DNA of 64,000 nt from a virus: the UHGV virus genome UHGV-0382128, one strand, 5' to 3'. This document shows positions 46,701 to 57,569 of the stretch, piece by piece. The notes under the pieces were generated by a model. It did not search any database. It was not told the origin of the DNA and saw only the letters and a program-made list of their open reading frames with translations. Every line of letters begins with the position of its first letter. Position 1 is the stretch's first letter. A program made the translations under genes and the position numbers.

Positions 46701-48053
46701 ACGTACTTTGTTGGTGGTGAGACGTATGACGTACCGTTAATGTCGGTTAACGTCACTGAACGTTTCCCGAATCCGAAAACGTTGATCTACGCAGGAATTT
46801 TTGTTGATATTGTTGACAACAAAGCGAAGTATGTTATCCACGACAGCTACAATCAGGCTGAAACGGATACCATGACGCGCGTGGGAAGACTCGTTGTCAA
46901 TGAGCTTTCCGAAGTGGACGTAGTGGAATTGCGTAACGTGACACGATTAGGCGAATTCCACGAGCTGAAAGACCACATCGCTAATGACAACGCACACATT
47001 CAACGTTCTGCTTCGCGTGCAGTATTGGGGTTAAGTGATTTAACAGTAGGTGCACCTTGCTGGGCTTCTGGACTCCAGGCAGTAGTGCGTGGTGAAGCAG
47101 ATTGGCGTTATGTTGTTCGTGGACAGTATAAAGCCTTAGACGGGGTGAAATACGACCAGATCGCATCAAAGTGGATTTTCGATGCGAAAGGGGTAAGTGA
47201 CAACGTTCACGGGTTTATTCACAACTTATTCCCGACTTTCAAAAACGCAGGAATGCGGGTAAGTTGGGAAACAGAAAGCAACGCAAAAACCGGAACAGTG
47301 TTAGAAACTGTTTTAGGTTGTTGGAAGAACAACGACGGCGAGTTTATGCGGTTGTCATTACTTATCACTCGCGGTTATCGTTTAACTGACAGTAACGGTG
47401 AATATTGTTACGCAGGGTTCGGTTTGAACTTCGGTAGCGGGAAATCGGTAGTGGTAGGTTTCACACCAACGAAGCGTGTTACGCCTGCACCGTGGAGTTC
47501 ATTACGACCTGACGTAACGTTTACCCACACCCGTGGTGCAAACAACGCAATAACGTTTAATGCATCGCTGACTTTAGCTGGCACTGTGTATACTATCGTG
47601 GTGTTTTTATCCGCGACAGATAAATACGTAAGCTGTACGGCGGCAGGGGGAACTACGCAGAAAATCCCATTAGCCGACCGTTTAACCGGGTTCAATATCG
47701 AACCTATCGTTAATGATCCGTATACCCCTATTTACTACGGTTTAGGGGGACTTTATGAGGATGAGGTTCGTGCCAACATCCGCTCTACAGCAGACAGCGC
47801 AACTGCGAACAAAGTCTACGGTACGTTGTTGGACTATGTTAGCAACTATTCCTCATTAAATCGAGTACGCGTCATGGAATTGTCCGGTGTCAGCTCAGAC
47901 CCCGAAACGCTTAATGCGTTAGTGGCAACTGAATTTAATAACAACCTGGCAGATTACGCTGCGTTACCGATACCTCCTTATCTTAACAAGGAGCGCGTAA
48001 TGTCGTTTATCGACACCGACAATAAAGTGCAGGCGGTAATCATTCGCGATTAA
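43731..48053 (+). CDS. tail fibre protein 1 (1440 aa)
   Basis: very large Gly/Thr/Ser/Asn-rich protein; ATTAKRGLIKFG-type fibre repeat; N-terminal region paralogous to the next three genes. Confidence 0.6.
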   Translation: MAVVLDPHFKKPGNKITGEAVAVIGTKYRMLVPAHAPFFTTSLVVKSGGKILTLGDDYVITHSYETGMLRTAYLIHGMIWIVNDKYKSNFTVDYHAVGCGEATQEQITAERELNKGKYPSACQWDTVIGDVYFPPVDIQFDWENWKGELELMQAIAGVGDSLGEVVSRLNPIARNTLDLEYRANSKVITSEQYAAYDNKGGFTYNTARHRYSLSYKATTFNNYSLSVKHRIPAILPDMTKLNPNEQIDWMLCYANGGASILRLQLKQRKISLVLTVAIGSGSTNYDYTLINGLTDDELKNDIDFSVTRQPGNGVYVIVVKTNKQTMDYTFNVDTPPDEFSAGYSKTDVAKWLKSKTNINLNWYAAENDYVQIRSLPGAPEPDVDNDVYQLIVKYHQLVEQLYRNAPAHEHITRKDNPHTDTWGPIRALELNGIASDAALAYGKTKPQLTDYVNAKYPTQATLTAQKKLLRTSATKTANGTIGTLPGFTSFTTEVDPVSMSKYVSPRFSESYVSNGHRYHGALRYTGTKSGFATSFNAVPANLQDIDFIVTGRKTASGNEAVGTVSLRFYQKPGTNSGKFIQLTGEISAGKVGVKLELNGFSNPTPEVQYLSQAPNPAIPDGDFTLRFQLKRTGNVFDVVITINGKTYSARVNFTNMDAALEALENSHHFKSLISNVADNVTISSGNKGNTVTIKKAPDVVDGTRLGAQFVVDPKSIKFIGQGSTEVNVGNNPVTFQAGINQLILYPDDRGLQWRGKKLLDPTTVAPYLPGNTAGGTGLFYGTSTTTVELTGSGIKASPFVATFILPTATDTTALAAWQLTDEFGTAENLAATPALIEKLDAEFTGKLVAVKSYINDMQLTSSVTIDKITFGLGNVANTPDVNLPISTAQRAELDKYSPKVHQHPFTAFGTGNATTAKRGLIKFGLDVDDATLALDGSVVMAQTSQIEKLENAVGGVDSGARVDIIRFGKSGDDLINVTVKDKILAMLPASTYFVGGETYDVPLMSVNVTERFPNPKTLIYAGIFVDIVDNKAKYVIHDSYNQAETDTMTRVGRLVVNELSEVDVVELRNVTRLGEFHELKDHIANDNAHIQRSASRAVLGLSDLTVGAPCWASGLQAVVRGEADWRYVVRGQYKALDGVKYDQIASKWIFDAKGVSDNVHGFIHNLFPTFKNAGMRVSWETESNAKTGTVLETVLGCWKNNDGEFMRLSLLITRGYRLTDSNGEYCYAGFGLNFGSGKSVVVGFTPTKRVTPAPWSSLRPDVTFTHTRGANNAITFNASLTLAGTVYTIVVFLSATDKYVSCTAAGGTTQKIPLADRLTGFNIEPIVNDPYTPIYYGLGGLYEDEVRANIRSTADSATANKVYGTLLDYVSNYSSLNRVRVMELSGVSSDPETLNALVATEFNNNLADYAALPIPPYLNKERVMSFIDTDNKVQAVIIRD

Positions 48054-48063
48054 GGAGAATTTT

Positions 48064-51000
48064 TTGATGAAAGCGTATCCTTACGATCCTCGGGGGACGA
48101 AAACCGAGAATCACTTCTTAGAGGAGCGTATCATCGGGTCAGAAAACAACAACGATCGGGTGGTGATTTTAGACCATCGCCCGTTCTTTGAAGATTTAGT
48201 CGTCAGACAACCAGGTTCAACCACCCCACTGAGTCGTGGGGTGGACTACGAACTGCAATATCAGCTGACGGAACTGGATGACTCGGTAGCAGCCAACGTG
48301 TATTGTGGGGTACACCTTATCAACCCTTCCATCAAAGGCATCGTAACCTTTGAAGGACAAATGCTCGGCGGTACGTTCTACGACCCGTTTGTTGATATTC
48401 TCGATGAGCTGGTGAAATATTTGAATAACCCAGTCAGCGCTGACTGGCTGTTATTAGACGGTAGACCGTCGTTATATCCAGCGACGCCTGCGGCAACGTC
48501 TTGGGCGGATTTGCTAAACAAAAAATATTTAGCGTCGGCAGTCCACGATGTTGAATTGAAAACCGATGACGCTAACCAGTTAATTAAAGATAAATTAGCC
48601 GAAGTTAAAGCGTTAGTCGCCGCGCTGGGTAAAGAAATCGAGGCATTTAACTACCCGGCACACATCGCGGAAACCAACCCGCACCAAACTACTTCTGCAC
48701 AGATTAGCGCACATCCTGTTAACTTGAAAACACCCGACACCTTTATGGCGTACGGGTTAAAGTTGAAAGCACTGACGGATGAACTGAAAGCGTTTCGTTT
48801 ACCACAGTCAGTTATCGACACGTATATCTCTCACTGGATTTCTTCGGAAGTACGGGGTGTGTTTAACTGCACGGTGTCAGGAAACCGTGCACAGTTCCGC
48901 TCAAAAAACGGTGAGTCAGAAATCATTTTTGCGAATGATGGCTTTACGTTAAAATCCAACGGTTCTGTAGTGTTAGCGGTAGGGCATCTGGAAGGAACGG
49001 GTGCAGGACGTTACATTAACTGGCGTGCTGGTAAAAACACGTTACGCATCGAGTCAACGGGCGATGCTTTAGGGATGAACAAACTTACCCTAAACGGTAA
49101 CCCGTTACTGACCACCACAGCATTGATGGAATACCAACAGGACCCGGATGCTGGCGGGAGCGGTGGCGGTGACCCTGACGACTCAAAGGTGTACATCGAA
49201 GGCCGTAATGGGATTAGCTTCACCGGTAAAGGCTCTCGGACCGATCCTATCGTGGGTACTATCGAACCGACGAAAGCGACAACCACCGAAAAAGGTGTTG
49301 TTAAGCTTAAAACTGGTAAAGGTACAGAAATCGTTGGGGTTGCAGCAACTCCGGCTTCGTTAGCGCCATATGCGACCGACCTATCGGGGTATGTGGCTAA
49401 AACGACCATGATTAACGGTAAGCCGATGAATGACGGCTCCAGGACAATCACGAAAGCTGACCTGGGGTTAGGGCAAGCGGATAATACCGCAGATCTTGAC
49501 AAACCGTTGTCAACCAAGTTAACTGAGGCGGTTAGCGGTCTAGCAGATGTGGGCCATCATCACGATTGGTCGGAGTTAGGTATTTATAAAGCCTCTCAAT
49601 CTGTTTACGGTATCGGTCGTTATGCAACTAACCAGAACGGTTTGGTTGAAAACCGTGCAGTGGTACCGAACATCCTAAAAGAGCTTTCGGCACGTTTAAG
49701 TGTGGTCGCTGCGGCAATTGCAAATGCGAAAGAAGGAACAGTCACGGATTTCGCTGCTGTAAAAGGCGCAGACTGGCGATTTAATAGCCAGGGTACGGCA
49801 ATCTCCGTTCAGGATTTGAAATATTTCTATTTGCTGGACGGCACGAAAGGTGACAGCACCGTTACCGGTGCGATTGACCTGCAAACCACTCCGATGTTTA
49901 ACTGGTTCTCACCGAACAACCAACTTGAGCTGACTTGGCCTACGGGTAAGGTGAGTAAAGGTACCGGGATTAGTTGGGATGGAATTGTTGATCCCCCAAC
50001 AATGGGGTTTCAGTCAGTTCCGGTAGGTAAAAGCGCCACCCAGATGGGCGTTCAGTCCGTTGTATCGGTACTGGCTAAAACGCGCGTCAAAGCTCGTCAG
50101 AAAAGGCTGTTTGTTTATGCCGCTGGCGGTGGGACAATAACCGTTTATGTAAATGGTGTTGTAGCCGCTACTGGTGCGTCGCCATTGTTAATGAACTATG
50201 GAACGTCTCCAGATGTTGAAAACTACACAATTGCTGTTAAAGCAGAGTGTAGTGACACGGCTAAATCTGCAGCGGTACAGTTCGAAGTTTACGATGGTGA
50301 CTACCCCGTTTATTTCAGTGGTCCTGAAACGCGTGTAGATCTTCTCCAGGAGTTTGTCACAACGCATGTAGGTATTCGTCATTATTTGTACGTTAACATG
50401 CTCACAGGCTCTCTGTATTCGCGTGCTGAACCAGTTCAAGGATTTGAGGTCGATCCAGAACGCGGATATATCGGTTATGTTGATATCGTTCCTGGTCAGT
50501 CTTACGCGAATAAAACCGTGGGATTTGAAACCACGTTTGATTTCGGGAAAAGTGCGGAAGTTAGCGAGCATAATAGTATTCGTAAGGCACACGGTCTCAA
50601 CGCTGCGGACTGGTCACTGACGGATAACCCACGGTTGCCGTTATTAAACCGTGCTATTGCCGAACCAAGAGCGTGTATCTTTAGGAAACCGTTAGCAACC
50701 GCTACAGGGGATGTTTTCCATCTTGTCAGTCGTGGCCTTTATACCTACGCACACAACCAAAACGTGAAGTCGAGTCTTCAATACGTTGTGATACCTGAAG
50801 GTGCTACGCCGTATTGTTGGTTTACACCATTTAACCCGAAAGAAAACAACGCACCGACATTCGAAGGCTCGTTTGCGTTCGATGTTGACGATGTTGGTGG
50901 AACGCAAGCCCTTGCTGCTGCGCCGGATTTGGTTCTATGCACGTCAACGCAAGGTAGCAGCGTTAAACGTCGCTATCTACGCATTGACCTAACTACCAAA

Positions 51001-52248
51001 GCCTGTAGGCTGGGGATTGGTTCCCGTTCAGATTCTGCCGTTACAGATATTCCGTTAGTGATGGAGGAGTCTGGGGAAACGGCGGTGGTCGCAACGTTTA
51101 AGGATGTGTTGTTCAACGGCGAGGAAACCAACCCCGCGGCACTCGACTTGATAGGTTGGGGTGCCAGCCGAGATAAAATTTCTGCAAACCATGCACCTCG
51201 TGGCATGATTCGCTATCGTTACAACGTAAACACTCGGGTATTACGTTTAGCACTGTCGTTCTCACAGTTCGGAACGACAACAGTTAAACATCGACAGCTG
51301 GAGATTCAATTCCCGTTCGATTTAGTGGATTATTTCACTGGCGACGGTGTGGGATTGTCGTTTAAAGAACTGTCTGCGAAATGCCGTGTAACGATTAGTC
51401 ATGCACTGATTGATCCGGCTACGAGTAACGTCGACATTGATAAGTACCATTACTTACGTTCGTTGTTCGAATCGTATCTGGATTCGTCCGTTGGGTATTT
51501 GGCTGATACCAAAGACGTTGATTTTAGTCAGTCTGTGATTGACCCTGCGACTTACGAGGTTAGTCAAAAATACCGCGTTACAGAAAGCATCGCGCTGCCA
51601 ACCGGCCAGGGAAGTGTTGCTGTTTCCCATGACGGCCAGTTGCCTGCGCAGTTCTTTGACCGTAAGCTGTCTCGTGGTGCCTTGATGGCCAAGAAAGGTG
51701 AACTCAACACTTCCTGGAATAATGAGTGGAGCACGACTAAAGCTGCTGCGAGTCGTTATCGCCATAAACTCATTCTACGCTTTGCACAAGGTGCTGATAA
51801 ACAGCAGTATCGCGTTGCAAAAGTGGCCGGGACGGTGAAGTCTAACTGGCCGGGTAAAGTGATTATCGGTGATGCCGGGAAGGACCCGTATGTATCGGCT
51901 ATTGATAGCGTATCTTTTGCGCTTTCGACCGCCTCTGATACAGGTAAAGCGATTACTCTTACGCCAAAGGACTTACGTGTAGGTCAGGACATTTATATTG
52001 TCTTAGAACCACCCGGCAATAATCCAGAAGGTTATGAACTTAACTTCACTTGTTCGTTAGATGTCACTGACGAGAAAAGTGTCCGTCAAGATCAACTCAA
52101 TGCACAGAGTTTCGAACTCCGTAGCGGCGAAAGTCAGTTCTTAATGGAGAAACGCAACCCGTACCACATCACGAGTAAAGCGTGGAAGTGGATTCTGGCT
52201 GTACTGAAACGAGAACTTAACGGGAAGCAGTTAGGGGATCGTACTTAG
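48064..52248 (+). CDS. tail fibre protein 2 (1394 aa)
   Basis: TTTEKGVVKLKTGKGTEIVGVAATPASL resembles the T4 gp12/gp34-type fibre repeat; HHHD metal-site-like motif. Confidence 0.65.
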   Translation: MMKAYPYDPRGTKTENHFLEERIIGSENNNDRVVILDHRPFFEDLVVRQPGSTTPLSRGVDYELQYQLTELDDSVAANVYCGVHLINPSIKGIVTFEGQMLGGTFYDPFVDILDELVKYLNNPVSADWLLLDGRPSLYPATPAATSWADLLNKKYLASAVHDVELKTDDANQLIKDKLAEVKALVAALGKEIEAFNYPAHIAETNPHQTTSAQISAHPVNLKTPDTFMAYGLKLKALTDELKAFRLPQSVIDTYISHWISSEVRGVFNCTVSGNRAQFRSKNGESEIIFANDGFTLKSNGSVVLAVGHLEGTGAGRYINWRAGKNTLRIESTGDALGMNKLTLNGNPLLTTTALMEYQQDPDAGGSGGGDPDDSKVYIEGRNGISFTGKGSRTDPIVGTIEPTKATTTEKGVVKLKTGKGTEIVGVAATPASLAPYATDLSGYVAKTTMINGKPMNDGSRTITKADLGLGQADNTADLDKPLSTKLTEAVSGLADVGHHHDWSELGIYKASQSVYGIGRYATNQNGLVENRAVVPNILKELSARLSVVAAAIANAKEGTVTDFAAVKGADWRFNSQGTAISVQDLKYFYLLDGTKGDSTVTGAIDLQTTPMFNWFSPNNQLELTWPTGKVSKGTGISWDGIVDPPTMGFQSVPVGKSATQMGVQSVVSVLAKTRVKARQKRLFVYAAGGGTITVYVNGVVAATGASPLLMNYGTSPDVENYTIAVKAECSDTAKSAAVQFEVYDGDYPVYFSGPETRVDLLQEFVTTHVGIRHYLYVNMLTGSLYSRAEPVQGFEVDPERGYIGYVDIVPGQSYANKTVGFETTFDFGKSAEVSEHNSIRKAHGLNAADWSLTDNPRLPLLNRAIAEPRACIFRKPLATATGDVFHLVSRGLYTYAHNQNVKSSLQYVVIPEGATPYCWFTPFNPKENNAPTFEGSFAFDVDDVGGTQALAAAPDLVLCTSTQGSSVKRRYLRIDLTTKACRLGIGSRSDSAVTDIPLVMEESGETAVVATFKDVLFNGEETNPAALDLIGWGASRDKISANHAPRGMIRYRYNVNTRVLRLALSFSQFGTTTVKHRQLEIQFPFDLVDYFTGDGVGLSFKELSAKCRVTISHALIDPATSNVDIDKYHYLRSLFESYLDSSVGYLADTKDVDFSQSVIDPATYEVSQKYRVTESIALPTGQGSVAVSHDGQLPAQFFDRKLSRGALMAKKGELNTSWNNEWSTTKAAASRYRHKLILRFAQGADKQQYRVAKVAGTVKSNWPGKVIIGDAGKDPYVSAIDSVSFALSTASDTGKAITLTPKDLRVGQDIYIVLEPPGNNPEGYELNFTCSLDVTDEKSVRQDQLNAQSFELRSGESQFLMEKRNPYHITSKAWKWILAVLKRELNGKQLGDRT

Positions 52249-52286
52249 GACAGACTGCCTGCGGGCAGTTGTGTGTCCGTAGGTAA

Positions 52287-52309
52287 CCCCTCCCTGTAAT
52301 GGGGAGGGG
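52287..52309 (+). terminator. rho-independent terminator inside the tail-fibre operon
   Basis: hairpin cccctccc-tgtaat-ggggagggg followed by tatccattttattt. Confidence 0.55.
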
Positions 52310-52342
52310 TATCCATTTTATTTAAAAGTAGGAGTCTTTACG

Positions 52343-55300
52343 ATGCCGAGAGAAGACGCGGCGCAGTTTAACGGTACGCTAAGCACAACGACGTACCCTA
52401 ACCGATTTAACGTGGTCATTCCGCCTGAAGGACCTTTTTATCGTATCGGATTAAAACTCACAGTAGCCGACGATACCGCGCCTAACGGACGTCGTACTCT
52501 GATTGAGGGGTTGGACTACTATTTAGGCTATTACTTTAAAGAACTCGCAGAAGCTGAACAAGATCAGATTTATGGCGGGTTTATGTTGCTTACTGCAACA
52601 GAAATCGAATATGAGATTTTAGGGGTAGCACGTCAATACCGTGTACCGCAATCTGAAATCGGTAAGTTCTTAGTTCGTACTGACCTGAAAGACCCACGTA
52701 ACGTGGACTGGTCGGAGTTAATGGCGTACGCGCCGGTTATTCAACCAATCGACCCCCCTGCTAACTTAGAAGAAGCTATTCTGAGGGACGAGGTCGTTAA
52801 AGCGTTGAACGATATCCGCAAGAAAATCATTCAGCGTTCAACAGAGTTAGATGCGGCCTTCACCGAAGTCACTAACCTGATTTACGAGAACGGTAAAAAG
52901 ATTTTCGATGAAGAACTATACCAACACCACCTTAATCCTAACGCTCACCAGTATACGACCAATGACGTTGGGGCCCTTCCGGTTTTAGGACGTGCTGTTG
53001 ACGCTACAAAAGCGTTTGGGTTGACAATTGACCAACTGGCTACGCTGATGGGTTCGGCGGGCATTGAGCAATCAGACGTTGAACAGCTAATGGGTGAAGC
53101 CCTCGGTACCGTTTACGGTCGTTGGGGCACCACGAACGGTAACGAACTAACGTTTAAAACACCGGGTGGACACATCATCAGCATCCGTGGTGATAAGTGG
53201 TTAATTACCTCCCCGCAACCGTTAGTGATTAAAGCAGACCAAGACAACAACGAATCCGGTTTGGCGGTTGAGTTTAGTGCGGGACTGAATACGCTTTGGG
53301 TACACTCTGGGTCAGAACAGGATGTATTAGCACCGGTCTATAACTCTGTGTATCTCGTTACACCAGAAATGGTGAACATGTACCTGACGTCTGTAACGTT
53401 ACTTGAAGCGAATGCCTATTTCAAACCGTCAGACACCGTAAAACCGTACGGTACAGCGAAGCAGTCTAACCCACTAACGTTGAACGCGAATATTCCCACA
53501 GCAACCGAGTCGGTTTATGGGGTGTTTTCGATTACGAATATCGCAACCTCTGTAGCGCTAGGCACTGCTATTTCCCAAAAGGCTGTGACCGAGTTAAAAA
53601 ACCGGTTGGACTTGTACGTTGACGACGACTACACGGTTAACGGTAAAGGGTTTGTTAAGACAGGCGACAACATGGTGTTAACCTTAACGAAGGCCGATTT
53701 CGGTATCGATAAGATGAATAACACCGCACCCATCGCTAAACCGGTAACAAAAGCATTAGCGAACGTGCTGAAAAATAAAAGTTTGAAGGTTCACACGCAC
53801 ACTACCGCTGATTTGGATAATGTCCCGATTGGTAGCGCAACAGTGGACGGTATCTTACAGCTGTGGGATGCGATTGATACCACGAATGATAAAGCCGTCA
53901 CATCACGCCAAGGGTGGCTGTTCGCAAAAGAGATTAAGAAGGTCTCTGATAAACTGAATACCCTCTTGCCCGCATGGACAACGGCCGGGAGCAAATATAC
54001 CAACAATTCGATATTGCCGATCTTGTCGATGGGTAATTACGAAGGTTATGGTAAAAACATGGATGCGCTCCAGATGGTTATAGGGGTACAACAAGGTAAG
54101 CTTTATGCTTTAATTAGCTCTAAATCCGCCCTTCCGGGAACTGAGGGTATTTATTACGCTGTTGCTGGGTTAAAAAACGACAAAAGTCTCGGTGAAATTT
54201 ACAAAACAACTTTCCGTTATAAGCCGAAAGGGTTAGAGACGAATTATCCGGGGGTGGAACTAAAAGAAATTACCGTTACTGGTACCGAAGCATTTATAGC
54301 GAAGGGCAGCGACGATAATTATTATTTAGTTAAACTGAACGGTTCAATGGATTACACCAAACATACCGATGTCAGGTTGGTAACTTTCTCAGAATTTGTT
54401 TCAGAAACAACATGGGAATTTGTGCCGAATATGTTCATGGATCGTGTGGTCATAGCCGATAACGGCGTCTATGTTTTGCGTACGATGCTAATGGCCGATC
54501 TGAAAAACAATACTCTGGTGGACTACATTAAGGATACCCCACAACCCATGTTCCGTGTTGGCTTATTGCGGCTTAATAAAACCGATCGGTTTGAACAGGT
54601 TGATTTAAGGTCTACACGAAAAATCGGTAAGTGTGCCGATTTGGTTGAACCTGGCGCGTTCGATGTAGATAATCCGAATACGAAGCGTCTTGCCTACTTC
54701 ACTGCGGAAGGCAAAGCGTTGTGGACAGTGAACTTACAATTAACTAGAGGGTCGTCAAGATGGATAACGCCCGTTGTTAAGGACGGTCACTTGTTAACCG
54801 TCGGCGTGTCTGGTGTTTGTCTTGGTTTTTCTTCAACGAAAGGTACCACATTCGGGCCATGGAATGGTGCTTATCGTCTTGACCTATTAACCGGGGAGGT
54901 TGGGTTAGAGACAACTAACGTCTTCCCAATTAAAATCGATACTACAGGTTGTTACTTAAAAGACGGAACAAAAATAGAGCTGAAATGGAAATGGGCTACT
55001 CGAAGTTCTGGCTATATGGCCGACAATAGAATCTGTGTCGGTGATATGGTTTATTCTTGCTGCTGTTCGACAGAAAAACAACTTGCACCATCTCTCCATT
55101 ACCAGAAACTCCCAGAAGGAGTTAGTTATCTGGACTATGTTAAGTTGAGTGTGGGGTATGAGGGGCAATCTACGTTTGAAAATCGGATAAACCCTGTGGT
55201 GGGTTCGGTGTGGAAACCGTCTATGACCTTCCCATTGTTCTTCCCAGGAACAAACAAAGTATGGCTTAAACATCAAAAATCGGCTTATTTCATTGAAGCC

Positions 55301-57529
55301 GAATATGATAAAAATACGACCTATGGTTATCCTGGATACGGTGGTTTTGGACCAACATCCCGCCGTGTTGAAAAAACAGCGAACGAATACGGCATATTGA
55401 CAAATATACCGCTGGTTGTTACGCCAGAAATACCGAACGGCCTACTAGAAGGGGCTTATTTTATCGGTGCCGAAAGTAAACCGTGTACAGTTGTTTACGG
55501 TACCACTACGGTGGGTAGTGATCGGTTGTCTATCGATGCGGCAGAATGGGCGAAGCTGACTAATATTGTTCAGTCCAGCCAGTTCTCCGGGGCATCTAAC
55601 GGCAACGCCTATGAGCGGATTAGCGTAGCTAAGACCAAAAAGAACAACTACAGTTTGTCCTTTTGGGTGCTTGGTCAAACGATGTCTGGTGGTCCGCTTT
55701 GTATCGCGATAGTGAGTCTTATCTATAAAGACACTGACGGGGTAAATAAGTTTGCTTTTTACTTCTTTCAGGTAAAACCGACTATAACCAACGGGGTCAT
55801 AAGGTTCGTTAGTTCGGAAGCGAGATTGATGACGTTTAGGGAAAAAGTGGCCAGTAACGCCATTAATCTCTCACCCACAGCTTTTAATGGTGAACTTAAA
55901 CAACGCTCCGGTCAAGTTTTCCTTTATTCGCAAGACGGACAAAAGTTCAGATTCTCAATACATAACCTGGTTGGTGGGAATCTTGTAGGATCAGAGATTT
56001 CTTTTGCTTTTGGGATAAACTTGACTAAAAAAGGCGAATGGTTTACCGGCGAAATTCATCGGGCGTGGGGCTATACGTATACGCTGAATAATACATCTGA
56101 AGTCTATATACCCGATCTCTCGGGCATCGCGCTATTGACTTGTAACTCGGAAGATTTAAACGAGTTGTATCTCGGTGGCGAACAGTATAGAATCTCTGAT
56201 TTGTTTAACAAAAAATATACTGTTATCGATAAGATTATTATTGGCGGCGTACAAACACAGAGCGGTTGGAATTTCTATCTGACGGAGGAAACCGAGTTAA
56301 GTTTTGGAAATAAAAGATATACCGTTCCAAGATGGTCCGTTGATTTAAGCGATGAATTCCCGACTAATCATGCTAACCAGACGTTCTACGTTTATGCTGA
56401 AGTGGTCGGTTCTACTGCCCAATACCGCATCGGTTTAGAGCAGTTAGCTGATACCTCGTCGAGACTGTTTGTTGGGACTGTAACCACTGATTCGAACCGT
56501 ATTACGGATATCAGTATCGATAAAGTAAAACGGTTAGGTCGCGTAAAAGAGCTGGAAAATCATGCCTCGATTGTTGATCAACACGATGTGGCGCAGGCAT
56601 TCGACAGGAAAACTGGCCCACTATTAACGCTGGTTAATAAACCCGTTAAAGTCGTTACAGCATCTGCGAGCAAGGGTGCTGGGTATGTCGATGGTCAGAA
56701 ATGGAATACGTTGTCCGGGATTACAACACGTTCCAGGTTGCCGGTACAGGAAACCTATTCAGGTTATAAAAGTATCAGCAGGGTGGCGTATGAGAACTGC
56801 GCTGACCAGTTCTGGCAGAAAGCGGTTGCTGCGAACGTTGCAGCGGCTACTGCTTCTGAGAACAAACAAGCAGCAACCGCGAACATGAAGTGGTTGGGCG
56901 CGTATACGAAACCGACTGTCGGTGCGAATGTGTGTCTGGTATTGAGTCTACGTGTTAAAGTGCCTGGTAATCCCGGCACCGCTAATCGTAAACTAAAAAT
57001 CAGATTCGCGGCTCCGACAGGTATAACTGATGTTAGTTACGGGCTAAATCAGTCTGGCGGTTCGATGGCTGAACAGACAGTAACGCTAACTGCTAACAGT
57101 TATCTGGAAAAAGAACATGCCGGATTTAAGCCAGCCGAAGAAGTCCGTCTTCATGCTACGTTTTACATTCCAACAAATGAATACGATAGTTACCGTACGA
57201 AGTTCGGTGCTGTTCAGCTGATTGACGTTGAGACGAACACTGTCATTAAACAGACAGATATCGACACACCGTTTATCGTGTACACCGCCACAGAGCAAGC
57301 GGCACAATCTGGTTTGGTCTATAAAGCGGTTAAGAGTCAGTTTCGTCAACTCCCGGCTCAACCTGTCGTCATTGTAACTGATGGACAGACAGGGACTACA
57401 CCACCGGTGAAAACCGCGTATTCTGACGGCACGTTAACGGTCTATGTGGCAACCACGTACGATGCGGTTAACCCAGCACAAACTCGCGATATCGATAAAC
57501 TCCAGTTCAATCTTATGTTTACATCTTAA
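52343..57529 (+). CDS. tail fibre protein 3 (1728 aa)
   Basis: TESVYGVFSITNIATSVALGTAISQKAVTEL fibre repeat; shared N-terminal domain (PEGPFY...GLDYYL). Confidence 0.65.
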   Translation: MPREDAAQFNGTLSTTTYPNRFNVVIPPEGPFYRIGLKLTVADDTAPNGRRTLIEGLDYYLGYYFKELAEAEQDQIYGGFMLLTATEIEYEILGVARQYRVPQSEIGKFLVRTDLKDPRNVDWSELMAYAPVIQPIDPPANLEEAILRDEVVKALNDIRKKIIQRSTELDAAFTEVTNLIYENGKKIFDEELYQHHLNPNAHQYTTNDVGALPVLGRAVDATKAFGLTIDQLATLMGSAGIEQSDVEQLMGEALGTVYGRWGTTNGNELTFKTPGGHIISIRGDKWLITSPQPLVIKADQDNNESGLAVEFSAGLNTLWVHSGSEQDVLAPVYNSVYLVTPEMVNMYLTSVTLLEANAYFKPSDTVKPYGTAKQSNPLTLNANIPTATESVYGVFSITNIATSVALGTAISQKAVTELKNRLDLYVDDDYTVNGKGFVKTGDNMVLTLTKADFGIDKMNNTAPIAKPVTKALANVLKNKSLKVHTHTTADLDNVPIGSATVDGILQLWDAIDTTNDKAVTSRQGWLFAKEIKKVSDKLNTLLPAWTTAGSKYTNNSILPILSMGNYEGYGKNMDALQMVIGVQQGKLYALISSKSALPGTEGIYYAVAGLKNDKSLGEIYKTTFRYKPKGLETNYPGVELKEITVTGTEAFIAKGSDDNYYLVKLNGSMDYTKHTDVRLVTFSEFVSETTWEFVPNMFMDRVVIADNGVYVLRTMLMADLKNNTLVDYIKDTPQPMFRVGLLRLNKTDRFEQVDLRSTRKIGKCADLVEPGAFDVDNPNTKRLAYFTAEGKALWTVNLQLTRGSSRWITPVVKDGHLLTVGVSGVCLGFSSTKGTTFGPWNGAYRLDLLTGEVGLETTNVFPIKIDTTGCYLKDGTKIELKWKWATRSSGYMADNRICVGDMVYSCCCSTEKQLAPSLHYQKLPEGVSYLDYVKLSVGYEGQSTFENRINPVVGSVWKPSMTFPLFFPGTNKVWLKHQKSAYFIEAEYDKNTTYGYPGYGGFGPTSRRVEKTANEYGILTNIPLVVTPEIPNGLLEGAYFIGAESKPCTVVYGTTTVGSDRLSIDAAEWAKLTNIVQSSQFSGASNGNAYERISVAKTKKNNYSLSFWVLGQTMSGGPLCIAIVSLIYKDTDGVNKFAFYFFQVKPTITNGVIRFVSSEARLMTFREKVASNAINLSPTAFNGELKQRSGQVFLYSQDGQKFRFSIHNLVGGNLVGSEISFAFGINLTKKGEWFTGEIHRAWGYTYTLNNTSEVYIPDLSGIALLTCNSEDLNELYLGGEQYRISDLFNKKYTVIDKIIIGGVQTQSGWNFYLTEETELSFGNKRYTVPRWSVDLSDEFPTNHANQTFYVYAEVVGSTAQYRIGLEQLADTSSRLFVGTVTTDSNRITDISIDKVKRLGRVKELENHASIVDQHDVAQAFDRKTGPLLTLVNKPVKVVTASASKGAGYVDGQKWNTLSGITTRSRLPVQETYSGYKSISRVAYENCADQFWQKAVAANVAAATASENKQAATANMKWLGAYTKPTVGANVCLVLSLRVKVPGNPGTANRKLKIRFAAPTGITDVSYGLNQSGGSMAEQTVTLTANSYLEKEHAGFKPAEEVRLHATFYIPTNEYDSYRTKFGAVQLIDVETNTVIKQTDIDTPFIVYTATEQAAQSGLVYKAVKSQFRQLPAQPVVIVTDGQTGTTPPVKTAYSDGTLTVYVATTYDAVNPAQTRDIDKLQFNLMFTS

Positions 57530-57569
57530 CGCCACGAGACAAGGACGTCTCGGATTAAGGAGAGTGGCC

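Noticed and set aside
44123-51765. Numerous 60-170-aa ORFs on the minus strand inside the tail-fibre genes
   Set aside because: Antisense ORFs within long, internally consistent coding sequences; typical shadow ORFs.
57444-57569. Upstream extension of the fourth fibre-like gene (ORF track start 57444)
   Set aside because: Overlaps the end of the 1728-aa gene and lacks an RBS; the ATG at 57570 has a TAAGGAGAG SD and begins the shared N-terminal domain.
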